64,000 nucleotides of DNA. It comes from Paecilomyces variotii (lineage: Eukaryota). The stretch lies in the NCBI GenBank assembly GCA_004022145.1, contig RCNU01000002.1. One strand, written 5' to 3'. The number at the start of each line of letters is the position of its first letter. Position 1 is the first letter of the stretch. The position numbers were made by a program, and so were the translations under genes. Shown piece after piece: positions 13,401 through 23,795 of the stretch. Below the pieces are notes generated by a model. The model saw nothing but the letters and a program-made list of their open reading frames with translations, had not been told where the DNA came from and did no database searches.

Positions 13401-14805
13401 GCTGCTGACTGGCGGGAACAGATGCGGATGGCCAATCAGAGGCCAGATAACACCGATTTGCTAATCGCTGATGCGCTACTGATCGATCAGGAAGGACGCA
13501 GTGGGGTCCCGTGGCAGCGCTAAGCCCGATCAGGCGGCGGTGGAGTCATGGCGGTGGATCCGATTCTCTGATTTGGATTCTGGAGAAAGAAAGAAGACAG
13601 GAAAAGATTCATGAGCGAAAATGCGTCGTCGGTGGATGGAATGTGTGTAGAGTAATTATTATGGGATGCCGTATCTGTCAGGAAGAAACAACCCCAAAAA
13701 AGGATCAGCCGGAACGAGGACGAAACAGGGGCCAGCAACGCCTTTTCCTTCTCTCCAGCACGCATCGTAGATCCCCTGAAGATAGCGCCAGCCCCGTCCG
13801 CAGTACCTGACGCGATAAGGCCAGAAAAGCAACCAACGCTGCGAACGTTCTGGGCCAGAATTAATTCCTATCTGCGTCCATCTAATCCCCGAAAAACCCC
13901 TACACGTCGGCACTACTCTCTCCGCTGGGACTCTCCGTCGTTCTGGTTCGGACTAGCTAGGACTGCTAACTCTCTCTCTCTCTCGCTCTCTCGTCCTTCG
14001 GCTTCAAACTACTACCGGTCCGCTCGCCTCCCGCCCAGCGGACTTGGTCTCACACAACTCTCCACGTCTCTTCCACTCAAAGCTGTGCTGGCTCTTTCGC
14101 TCCTCCACTCTCATCTCATCCAGCATTCCCATCTTCCATCCTACTCGCCTCCTACTGCGTCTCTCCGTCGTCGACATCCTCGACCTTTACGCATCCCTTC
14201 CTTCTCCGCCAAGACGTCCTAGAACCTCCGTCCTAAGGCCCTTCGCAGGCAAACCGCGACGTCGTTCCTATACGCGATCGAGGATCATCTCATCTCATCG
14301 GGAGAAGTCGACGAGATCTGGACTCGGACGCCACCCGCTTGGTCAGATCTCCGTGGATCCTCTGTGGCGGGTTGTTGCGGAGGTGAACATTGCTTTTTCT
14401 GCCCGAACAGGAACTCTCCCAGGATAGTAGGGCCATCGGACGACGGTGCCTGGCGTCTACTTCCAGCGGCATCGAATTTTACGACGATAGCATCGTCTCT
14501 TTCCAGCATCCTTTTCTTTTCCGGCGTTGGGGGGAGTTCATCCTTCTGTTTTCTGGGTTGGAAAATCAGGTGGGTTCAGTTGCTGTCGACGTACAGAAAC
14601 CGCTACGGTGTTTCAGGTCTGGACGTTTCCCCATCAACTAGGCCGTCCTGATCGTGTACGATACGCTTGAACCTCGACGTTCCTACAGAGGAATATAAAA
14701 AAAAAACAACAGGACCAGTCGCGGAGGATTACTGTTCTACTCTACGGTTCTCTTGCACTCCGCTAGTCGGACAAGAGGTGTTTGGACCAAGGCAAAGAAG
14801 TTGCC

Positions 14806-16677
14806 ATGCTGGCGTCTATGCCACCGATGGAAACGTTGCGGCCCAGATCGAGGACGGACAACTTGGTGCGCCGGCCTTCTGCGGAGGATCTCGATGCGGC
14901 TCGCCAGTTGGTTTCTTCCGCGCGGGGTGGGCGTGAGCACTCAGCTGATCCGCAGAGAGAAGGCAGCTATGTCAAGAGCGATGACTGGGCCGCAGTCAAC
15001 AAGCGCGATCCTCCAATCGAGATGGATCTGAGGCCGGATGGCACCAGAGATGATGCCGCCGCCCATACCGCTAATGGGTCCTCAGCGACCAGGCGATCGC
15101 CCAAATCGCAAGCCAAGGATGCGTCCTTTCTTGGCCACTCTTGCAGGTTTGTCGGCCTTTTTATTCTTGATCCCTGCCAAATCAGTACGCGTATTATTGA
15201 CTAACATCTGATCTGTAACTTAGCAACTGTGGTACAAAGAACACCCCATTATGGCGGAGGTCTCCTACCGGGGCGATGATCTGCAACGCCTGTGGTCTCT
15301 ATCTCAAAGCTAGAAATGTCCAGCGACCTACGAAACGGAATCGTCTCCAACCTGCCGCTGCATCATCGCAGGGCCCTCGATCGCGCAAGAGTCTCTCGCC
15401 TGGTCCTCAACCGGCGCCCGGTGTGCAAGAAGCTACGGCGGCCGCAGCTGACGGGGCCTGTAATGGTTCGTGTCCCGGCGGTGGAAACTGTAACGGCACA
15501 GGGGGTGCGGAGGGGTGCGAGGGATGTCCTGCGTACAATAACCGAGTCTACAAGTCCGCTCAGCGAATTGCTGCGGCTGGCCAGGCATGGCCCACGCCTA
15601 GCAACCAGGAGGCAGATAAGCCGGCTGCGTCGCCGGCCGTCGATACCTCTCTCAACGATGCGAGTCCTGGTCGAGATAGCTCGAGTCTACTGGTCGCATG
15701 CCAGAATTGTGGGACGACAGTGACGCCGCTTTGGCGAAGAGACGACCAGGGCCATCCTATCTGCAACGCGTGTGGTAAGTGCCAATGAAGATCGTTGGCT
15801 GTCTCGACGCCAACCCTCCCCATTCGAGGGAACCATGATAACTGATATGGCGACTCTGACAGGTCTCTACTATAAGCTCCATGGCTGCTATCGGCCGACG
15901 ACGATGAAGAAGACTATCATAAAGCGGCGAAAACGCGTTGTGCCTGCGCTGCGGGACCAGTCTCCGACAGCGGCGACGCAGTCATCCAACGGATCTTCTG
16001 CCTCACCCGAAGCCTCGCCGGTTGTTCCCGCCCACTTCCACGACGAGCAGCGCAGACATCTGAGCAGCGAGCATCTCAACGATTCTAGAGCGGCCCCCGT
16101 TGGCCCGCGACCGTACACTCTAGCACCTCCTCCGGTGGATTTTACAGGGTATAATTCCAATCTGGTCTCCCTTCCCCATCACCCACCACCTCCCCCAAGA
16201 CTCTTGGAGCCCGACAGAATGAGCGCGCCGAGTCAGTCTCCCAACTCTCAGTATCCTGCACGGTCCGTCTCTCCCCGACCGGGGGCGCTGCACGATCCCA
16301 CGAGCAACCCGAAAAAGCGAACGATCGCTGAAGCCGCCTCTTCTGGCGAGCCAACGTCGGTGCCGACGACCTTGGAAAGCGGTTCGAATCAATTGCCTCC
16401 CATCATGTCCTCGGGGAATACGGCACCTCCAGGTCGTCTGAGTTCGATCTCTTCTCTGCTCAATCATGCGGGTGCGGGCGACGAAGCTCGCCTGGATTCT
16501 GCGCTGCCTCCGATGAACCGCCAGCCACAGCTTCCGCAATCGTCTCCCAGTTCGCTGCGGAACGTGAGCGAGAGCTACAAAGCAGAACGCCGCGCCCAAC
16601 TCCAGCGCGAAGCAGAAGAGATGCGACAGGCACTGCGGGCTAAGGAGCGAGAACTGGCTGAACTGGATCAGCTATAG
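14806..16677 (+). CDS. sreA: GATA-type iron/siderophore transcriptional repressor SreA, exons 14806-15146, 15224-15774, 15863-16677
   Basis: Two GATA fingers ([28 protein letters not shown] and [33 protein letters not shown]) flank the Cys-rich iron-sensing segment ([25 protein letters not shown]). C-terminal coiled coil. Confidence 0.96.
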
Positions 16678-17424
16678 GTCTTTTTTCTTTGATACCAATT
16701 CGACGTCACTCTCATACGAGATATGATACCATTGCTTTTTTCTAATATCGGTGACTGTTCTGTTTTGCTGTGGTTGTTGTCGGTGATACCTCGGGAAAAG
16801 TTGTGTGATTCATTTGTGCGTGGCTAGCGGAGCGACGGGCGTATACGCCCATAATGGGTCTGATCTCGAGGAGTAAGATGCGGCTGTTCATGATCTGAGC
16901 TGGGTTTTCTACGGTTATCAGAAGTGAAATTAGTTTGTGCAATTCGACCGTGGCTGTGGGCATATGCCCACCATCACCAGATACTATTTTGTATACCAGT
17001 GTAATACACAGCTCACTCGTAGATCACGTTTGTTTCAAATCTCTGTTATGTGTCTTTCCCAGTTTCCCAGTTTCCCTACTTGTTTTGTATTTCAAGGTCC
17101 TGTCATGAGGTAGCAGCCAAGCATCTAGCGCCATCTGATAATATTGTCAAGATCAGATTGATTAGATATCCCCATGTGATCTGCATCGGGATCTGAGATC
17201 TGTTATCAATCTAAGATGCATCCCATCTTCAGATGTCATCATGAGATTATCATGAAGTTTATCCAACAATGCCACGATACTTGCTTCATCCAGCACAGCA
17301 CCTGCTTTTCTCTTCTCTTCTCCAATGTACGTGCCATCCTCTCCAGACTACGCCATGCAGTGTGGTCCAAACCCAGCTAGATCACGGATAATCAGGAAAA
17401 AGCAATTGCTACCACCACCTCACC

Positions 17425-18750
17425 ATGTCCAATCCCCGGATCTTCCACCTCAATTTTGTCGGCGACGTCATGCTCGGCCGCCTCGTCGACCAACTCTTCC
17501 CCCAACATGTCGACAACCCATCTGAATCGCGCCTCGTCGCCTCCTTCGTCGCCAGAAACCCCCACTTGCGCAACTACAACCCCGCCAGTCCCTGGGGATC
17601 AACCCTCCCGCTCTTCCACGCCGCCGATCTCAACATCATCAATCTCGAAACAGCCATCACCGTGCACAATGTGCTGTGGCCGCACAAAGCCTTCAATTAC
17701 CGCATGCACCCCGCCAACGTGGCCGCCTTGAAAGAAGCCCGTGTCGATTATGCCAGTTTAGCAAATAATCACAGCCTCGACTTCTCCCCAGAGGGCCTAA
17801 TTGAAACGGCCTGGACGCTCCGCAAAGCGCGCATCGCATTCGCTGGCGCGGGCGAAACGACAGATGAAGCGTTCCGACCGGCTGTGCTCTGTTTACCCAG
17901 GAGAGAATTCAAGCATTCGTCATCGAATCGTGAACAAGATGGAACTTCCGCGCAGGGCGCGACGAGTAGCCATGAACATCATGATGATTCGAAAGGTAGT
18001 AGTGATCATAATAATAATAATAATAAAAGGAGTAAGAACGAATGTCCCGATACCTCGCATACGATCCATATTTACTCTGCGGCGGACCATCCAAGAGATT
18101 GGGCTGCTGTGCCCACGTTTCATTTTATTGATTATACAGCTAAGACGTTTAAGAGGCTTAAGGATCGGCTGACCTCTTACTCTTCCTCTTCTTCTTCTTC
18201 TTCTTCCAATGATGCTGATGAACCATCCCTCAAAATCTTCTCCGTCCACTGGGGTCCCAACTACGCGTGGCAACCCCACGAATCCACCATCCGATCTCTA
18301 GCCCATTTCCTCATTGACGAATGCGGCGTCGATATCGTCCACGGCCATTCATCGCATCACATCCAGGGTGTGGAGAAGTATAAGAATAAACTAATCATCT
18401 ATGGATGCGGAGACTTTGTGGATGATTATGCGCTGAATAAGGAGTTTAGGAATGATTTGGGAGCTGTTTGGAGGGTTGTTGTTAGGGAACGTTCTGATTC
18501 TTCTTTTGCCTCTTCTTCTTCTTCTTTGCGGCATAATCAAGGTGGGAAGAAACGCGCAGGTCTCGAACTAGTAAGGTTGGAAATCTTCCCGACGAGATGT
18601 GACTTGTTTCAGGCCATGTTGTTAGATAAAGATGATAGGGATCATGTATGGGTGAGGGAGAAAATAAGGAAATTAAGTGCGGATTTAGGAACGATGGTAC
18701 GAGAAGACTTGGGTGAGGAGGGGCAGGTTATTGTTGATTTGGAGGGTTGA
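17425..18750 (+). CDS. CapA/PGA_cap-family metallophosphoesterase (poly-gamma-glutamate synthesis protein homologue)
   Basis: Intronless 441 aa with FVGDVMLGR, INLETAIT, FNYRMHP, SLANNHSLDF, SVHWGPNY, VHGHSSHHIQG and IIYGCGDFVDDY. Confidence 0.88.
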   Translation: MSNPRIFHLNFVGDVMLGRLVDQLFPQHVDNPSESRLVASFVARNPHLRNYNPASPWGSTLPLFHAADLNIINLETAITVHNVLWPHKAFNYRMHPANVAALKEARVDYASLANNHSLDFSPEGLIETAWTLRKARIAFAGAGETTDEAFRPAVLCLPRREFKHSSSNREQDGTSAQGATSSHEHHDDSKGSSDHNNNNNKRSKNECPDTSHTIHIYSAADHPRDWAAVPTFHFIDYTAKTFKRLKDRLTSYSSSSSSSSSNDADEPSLKIFSVHWGPNYAWQPHESTIRSLAHFLIDECGVDIVHGHSSHHIQGVEKYKNKLIIYGCGDFVDDYALNKEFRNDLGAVWRVVVRERSDSSFASSSSSLRHNQGGKKRAGLELVRLEIFPTRCDLFQAMLLDKDDRDHVWVREKIRKLSADLGTMVREDLGEEGQVIVDLEG

Positions 18751-19440
18751 AAGGTTGATTTTGCCGTGTTATTTTAAGGCATATCCCTTTTCCTATCAAT
18801 TGTCTTCTTTCTAAGACTAAGAAACATTTTTTGATATTTTGACAAATAGATATAAATGCTTTTTGTTGTATGTAAATCACGCCAATACCGCTCTACAATA
18901 ATAATCAAGCTAATGGTTTTACTCTATTCCCAAGGTCATATTAAGTGAGTAAGTCACCTCCTCAGCAGTTCACAACGGCACAAGTATAGCAGTAAGATAA
19001 GAATAATCCTTAAACATTGCTTTGACACCTCTACTGAAGCTTAAATAGACCCGTGACTCGCGAGGACGCTCAACCATTAACTATTAAATAGGTTATTCAT
19101 GAAGACTTGACGGGTCTTATGATTCTTCACGGTACTACTAGTTACGTAGTATACTGACTAGATGCTTAATTAAAGACAAGATAGTTCACAAATACCTGTT
19201 CCTGAAACGCAAATCATAACTCTCCCCTTCACGTCTGAATGGATTGTGGATATGCAATCAGAAAATCACACTGTCTGGGAACTTCTATTGAATTCACTAC
19301 CTATTAGAGAAAGACTCCCTCTCCCGTCTACTTATACTGCGATTATCCTATTGACAACTATTGACTGTATACTTAGAATTTGCATTTGAATAACGGATTC
19401 ACTACAACAAGTAGTAAGAGTTTGATTTATCTACTTGGAA

Positions 19441-19467
19441 GGGGGGGGGGGGGGGGGGGGGGGGGGG
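19441..19467 (+). repeat. Poly-G homopolymer (27 nt)
   Basis: Directly visible run of G. Confidence 0.95.
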
Positions 19468-19508
19468 TGGGTTGCCTCAGCGGTTGAACGATTGGGATCG
19501 GACTCCCG

Positions 19509-19510
<2 letters not shown>

Positions 19511-19539
<29 letters not shown>
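19511..19539 (+). repeat. (TC)n microsatellite
   Basis: About 14 TC units, 43 nt downstream of the poly-G run. Confidence 0.95.
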
Positions 19540-19540
<1 letters not shown>

Positions 19541-20013
19541 GGCCCGACCAATTCTGCATCCATCGCATTGACAGTTAATCGAATATCTTATTGACTACCG
19601 TCGAAACCTATCCTAGTTCCATCGATTCCTTTCCACTCCACTCGATCACCATCGATTTTTTTTTCCTGGGACTCCCAACGGCACGCGGACGATGCAAGGG
19701 ATTCGACTATTGTATAGTCTGTGATATGCAAGCAAGTTCACTAAACGCGTAATATATATCCCCGGCGCTACCCTATGGACGGCAGTTTATTGGGAAGAAG
19801 CTCTACGCGACCACCTTCGTCTTGGAAGACTGGGGAAGACCACGCTGCATCATTTCGGACAGTGGGATAATCCAAATGATTCCGAAAGATTCTATTTCAG
19901 TTGCCCTACTGTGCCCTATGCGTATACATTTCCTATTATCCAAACAGTATATTGAAATAGCAATACCCTTGTATTTTCAGCGGGTCATTAGGTATCATAT
20001 TGCAGCCATGAAC

Positions 20014-21053
20014 TCACTCCTCTTCCGAGACCTCTCCCTGTTTCTTCTCCAGCCTTACGGCCGAGAGCCCATTCGCCAATTTGCTCATCTGCACCGGGTC
20101 GAATTCAAGTTCTTTATAAATCGCATCTACATCCGTGCCGATGCCAATATCGTCCGCCGTTCTCAAGCTCCTGGCGTCGATGAAAGGCGCTAATGTCCGC
20201 CATATGCTCTGGGCGTTGTTGAAGAAAATGTCTGTACCGAGGTCGCCGAGGCCTTTGATTTCTTTAATCAATTCTCTCACCTTGCGGGGCTGGTGATCTG
20301 CTTTTTGGTAGAGGTTGTTCAAGTCGCCATCTGTATTTGCTACGTTAGTATACGCTCGATAGAGTAGGATACCGCAAGGATATACAGACCATATTTCCCA
20401 TTCACAAATTCAATAAGAGCCCCGAGATTCGTAGAAGCCTGTTCGCGATAGCGATTATATCCCCCCTTGGCCAAGACATCCACCCTATCATCCCACGTAG
20501 TCTGGCTAAGCTTCTTGATATCATGATACCCCGCCTCGATGACCGTATTGACCGCTTTCTGCGCCAGGGAATGCGATATCCGCGTCGATTTCAGCATCGC
20601 ATCAAGAACCATCGCAAGGATCGTCTCGGGTGTAGCTTGCAGCGGCTCCGCAACACCCGCGTCTTTCAGAGGTAGAGCACCGAATTCTTCAATGACTTTA
20701 TGGACCTTTGCGGCTGCAGATTCGTCGATGCTATTACCGGGCTCTTCGGACTCAGAAGTCTTAGGTGCCTTATTTGGTGGTTCGTCCGTATCGACCCCGT
20801 TGGGTTGTTGTTCCTTGTTGGATTTCTGCTCCTGTTCGCGCTCTTCTTCCTTTTCTGCGTTATCGCGTTTGCGTTTCTCAATCTTCGTTTCATCTGCAGG
20901 TACATCGTCTTGTTGCTCTTCATGGATATCTGGTTCCTCGACTTTCTTATTGGATATTGTCTTCGATCTGTTGGTCGTTCTCGGTTTCGTCTCGGTCTGT
21001 GAAGATTTGGAGCCCTGGCCGGCAGAACGCTCTTGAGCGCGTGTCTGCACCAT
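20014..21053 (-). CDS. Hypothetical protein: charged disordered N-terminus plus helix-hairpin-helix (HhH-GPD/endonuclease III-like) domain, exons 21053-20390 and 20330-20014
   Basis: A GT-AG intron joins NGKY|DGDLNNL. Motifs AMLKSTRISHSLA, TWDDRVDVLAKGGYNRYRE and the HhH-like IKEIKGLGDLGTDIFF. Confidence 0.75.
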
Positions 21054-21638
21054 GGTTGGTTTAAAACTGGTTGAGCGCTATGATTATATCTCTTTTTCGA
21101 TTGGATGGAAGATGGGAAAGGAAGCGTTAGGCTTAAAGGCTCGGTTGGTCGACGAAATCGGTTCGCGTAGCTGCGATTGAGATGTCGAGGAAGCTCACTA
21201 TCGGTTGCAATTGAGAGTAGGAAAGCTACAGGAAATTCTTCTAGAGTAGCTGGTTAAGCCCAGTCGGGGAATCTTGATGGTTAACGTCAGAAGGCTGATA
21301 GTTGTGTTCTGTTGAGAATTCTCGTCTCTTGTAGGTGATCCTGGGTGTGACGTCGGTATGATGGCGATCAACCGTGGTCATGCAACGGGATGTTTTATAG
21401 TACATACATATTTATATCGTATAGAAGAACTGGATTGTTTATTTAACTTTGAAGAAGTCATAAATGAAAAGCATCAATCACTAATACAATGTTCGACGGC
21501 AGAAATTCGACAAGAGAAAGAGATATGATGCTTTACAGATCGACTCCGTCTACGTAGACTGTTGATTAACTGGCGACCAGAACCTCAGCACACATGTACA
21601 TAACTCTGGTTAACATCGAGCCTATATCTGAACCTTTC

Positions 21639-22478
21639 TCACGAAACTCGTATGACCTTCCCCACATCGAATCTATCCTCTGTGCTTTTCCAAGGCAGCG
21701 CATATCCCCGTTGATTGCTAACAATCCTTATACCCCCTTCTTTAAAATCAGTGCTATAGTGAGTGTGTCCAAACACCCAGACTTTGACATCATTCACCAT
21801 TTCCGACAGAACGTCAGTCCCAAAAGCGAATCTCCAAGCATTCTGCGCGTTTTCAGGACTCGACGTTCCCCTAAGCGAAGGAGCATGATGCGTCACGACC
21901 AGAATAGTTCGTCTTGGAGTCTGCGCTCTCGCAGCTTCATTCTCTTGATGTATCGATCGTATCTCTTTCAATAGCCATGCCAGTTCCGAATCATGAGTTG
22001 CATTATGGTCATCGACCGTCCAGCCGTCGATTTTCTGGAAATCCTTGATCTTCGCTTGGACGACTTCTCTTGCCTCAATGGGCACTTTGGACCAAAGTGT
22101 GCAACCTAGTATAGTGATATAAGAGCCTGGCACATCATACCGCTCCCGATGGAGTAGTACCAGGCGTCCGTTCAGAGAAGGCTCTTGTTGAAGTTGTTTA
22201 GCTTTCTCTAGTCCTGTCGTGAAGGATCCAGCGTAGAATTCGTGATTGCCGAGAACGAGAAATACTAATTCAAATCTAGATGTTTGTTTTTGTAGGAAGT
22301 TAAGATAGTCGTTATAGTCCGCCAATCGCCCGATATCACCTGCGAGGATGAGGTATTTGGCATTAACTGGAATTTCGTAGGATGAGTACTGTTGGCCAAC
22401 CTCAAGATGAAGATCAGAGAGAATCTGAAAAGATTCAGATGGCCGCTTGAAAAAATATCGTAGTTTTTGAAACATCAT
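21639..22478 (-). CDS. Calcineurin-like metallophosphoesterase
   Basis: Intronless, with all five metal-binding motifs: SDLHLE, LAGDIG, LGNHEFY, VTHHAP, FGHTH. First ATG is at 22478; the ORF-track start at 22520 is TTG. Confidence 0.9.
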   Translation of the reverse strand: MMFQKLRYFFKRPSESFQILSDLHLEVGQQYSSYEIPVNAKYLILAGDIGRLADYNDYLNFLQKQTSRFELVFLVLGNHEFYAGSFTTGLEKAKQLQQEPSLNGRLVLLHRERYDVPGSYITILGCTLWSKVPIEAREVVQAKIKDFQKIDGWTVDDHNATHDSELAWLLKEIRSIHQENEAARAQTPRRTILVVTHHAPSLRGTSSPENAQNAWRFAFGTDVLSEMVNDVKVWVFGHTHYSTDFKEGGIRIVSNQRGYALPWKSTEDRFDVGKVIRVS

Positions 22479-22638
22479 GTAGCACTGGAATATTTCCAGT
22501 CGAAGAAATCGGGGTTCCAAAACGCGCAGGAGACTTTGCCAAGACTGCGTTGGTTGACTATATCGGAAGCCGGAGCTGTCCCCCCCTTTATCTGTCTGGC
22601 TTGAGCATCACAATTGTTACAGCACCTAGTACTAGACC

Positions 22639-23448
22639 ATGGAGCTTACTCTGATCATAAAAACAGTCTTGTCGAGCCTCCAGGATGGTAGTATACCGGC
22701 ATGCATTATTGGTGAAATAGCATTAAACTACTACAATGTCCCACGAGTTGTCCACGTAAGTGGGTTAGGTATTCTCCAGCGTTCTGCGAAACACCGTCTT
22801 ACTATTATACAGGACATTGAAATATGCGTACCAAAATCTCTGTTGCGAGAGGCTACATCTATTCTGTGTTCCACTGGAAGATTTCGACTGGTGAAGAAGA
22901 AAGAATACGACATATACGGGGAATATAAACGAGGATTTCCTACTCTCATGACGACAGACAAGGACCCTCTCGTCGTACTTTTTCCAGATACATATTTCTT
23001 TCTCTGTCCGGTTTCCCATAATATAGTGTCATATGAGGGAATACCGCATATAGTCTACAGCCATGAGATTCTGGATCTAGTACCTACGGATGAAGTACAG
23101 CAACTTCCAATGCCATATCTGGCGCCGTTTTTCGTCGGTTTGTGTCGGAGATTTCTCGAGTCAAGGGATGTTATGGCTAGGATTGCCGCAGAGCAGTTAG
23201 TGGATGGGATGCGCCTGGATGAAGAGTGGGCGCAAATTAATCTGAGTGAAGCCTCGCCTGAAGTGAGGAAGTTGGCAACTATGCTGATTAGCCAAAGATC
23301 ATCGAGGGACGATGAATACTTTGGATCTGAAGAGCTTCATGCCGCAGCAGGCTTCACAAAAGTCGTGGATCTGCGGTTGATACCTGGATCTGGGTATTCA
23401 CAATTGCAGAATCCATCAATGTCTTCTCTTGATTTCAATGCTGTTTAG
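22639..23448 (+). CDS. Fungal nucleotidyltransferase-fold protein, exons 22639-22755 and 22813-23448
   Basis: Removing a 57-nt GTAAGT...TACAG intron gives IIGEIALNYYNVPRVVH|DIEICVP, a variant of the Pol-beta-superfamily hG[GS]xAh...R..xDhD signature. Confidence 0.7.
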   Translation: MELTLIIKTVLSSLQDGSIPACIIGEIALNYYNVPRVVHVSGLGILQRSAKHRLTIIQDIEICVPKSLLREATSILCSTGRFRLVKKKEYDIYGEYKRGFPTLMTTDKDPLVVLFPDTYFFLCPVSHNIVSYEGIPHIVYSHEILDLVPTDEVQQLPMPYLAPFFVGLCRRFLESRDVMARIAAEQLVDGMRLDEEWAQINLSEASPEVRKLATMLISQRSSRDDEYFGSEELHAAAGFTKVVDLRLIPGSGYSQLQNPSMSSLDFNAV

Positions 23449-23795
23449 TACTATCTTTTATTTCTCCTCTCGACCCATGCATATGTGTCTAGAAGGCCGT
23501 ATTCTAGGATTCAACCACGGAAATAACTCTGAATCCATTGGCACACTTTGTACGTACAATATACTGCGTGATGGCTTGCTGAGGGCCCGTACTCAACCAA
23601 TGAAAGGCCGCATAAGAAGATCCCCTGCTGGTACATAAGGAGGGGGTTAGCTGACGTGGCATGATAGTGACTTCAAGGGAACTTTCAAAATCCGGTGAAT
23701 GCTTCCTTAAAGAGGAATTGATATTTAGACTCGTTTACTGTACCTGAGCGATTCCATACGGCTCTGAACGACAGTGTGTCCTTATCATCGACAGT

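Noticed and set aside
7663-22575. Identical 11-mer GGAAGCCGGAG in two divergent promoters (7663 and 22565)
   Set aside because: Hundreds of chance 11-mer pairs are expected in 64 kb, and there is no further shared context.
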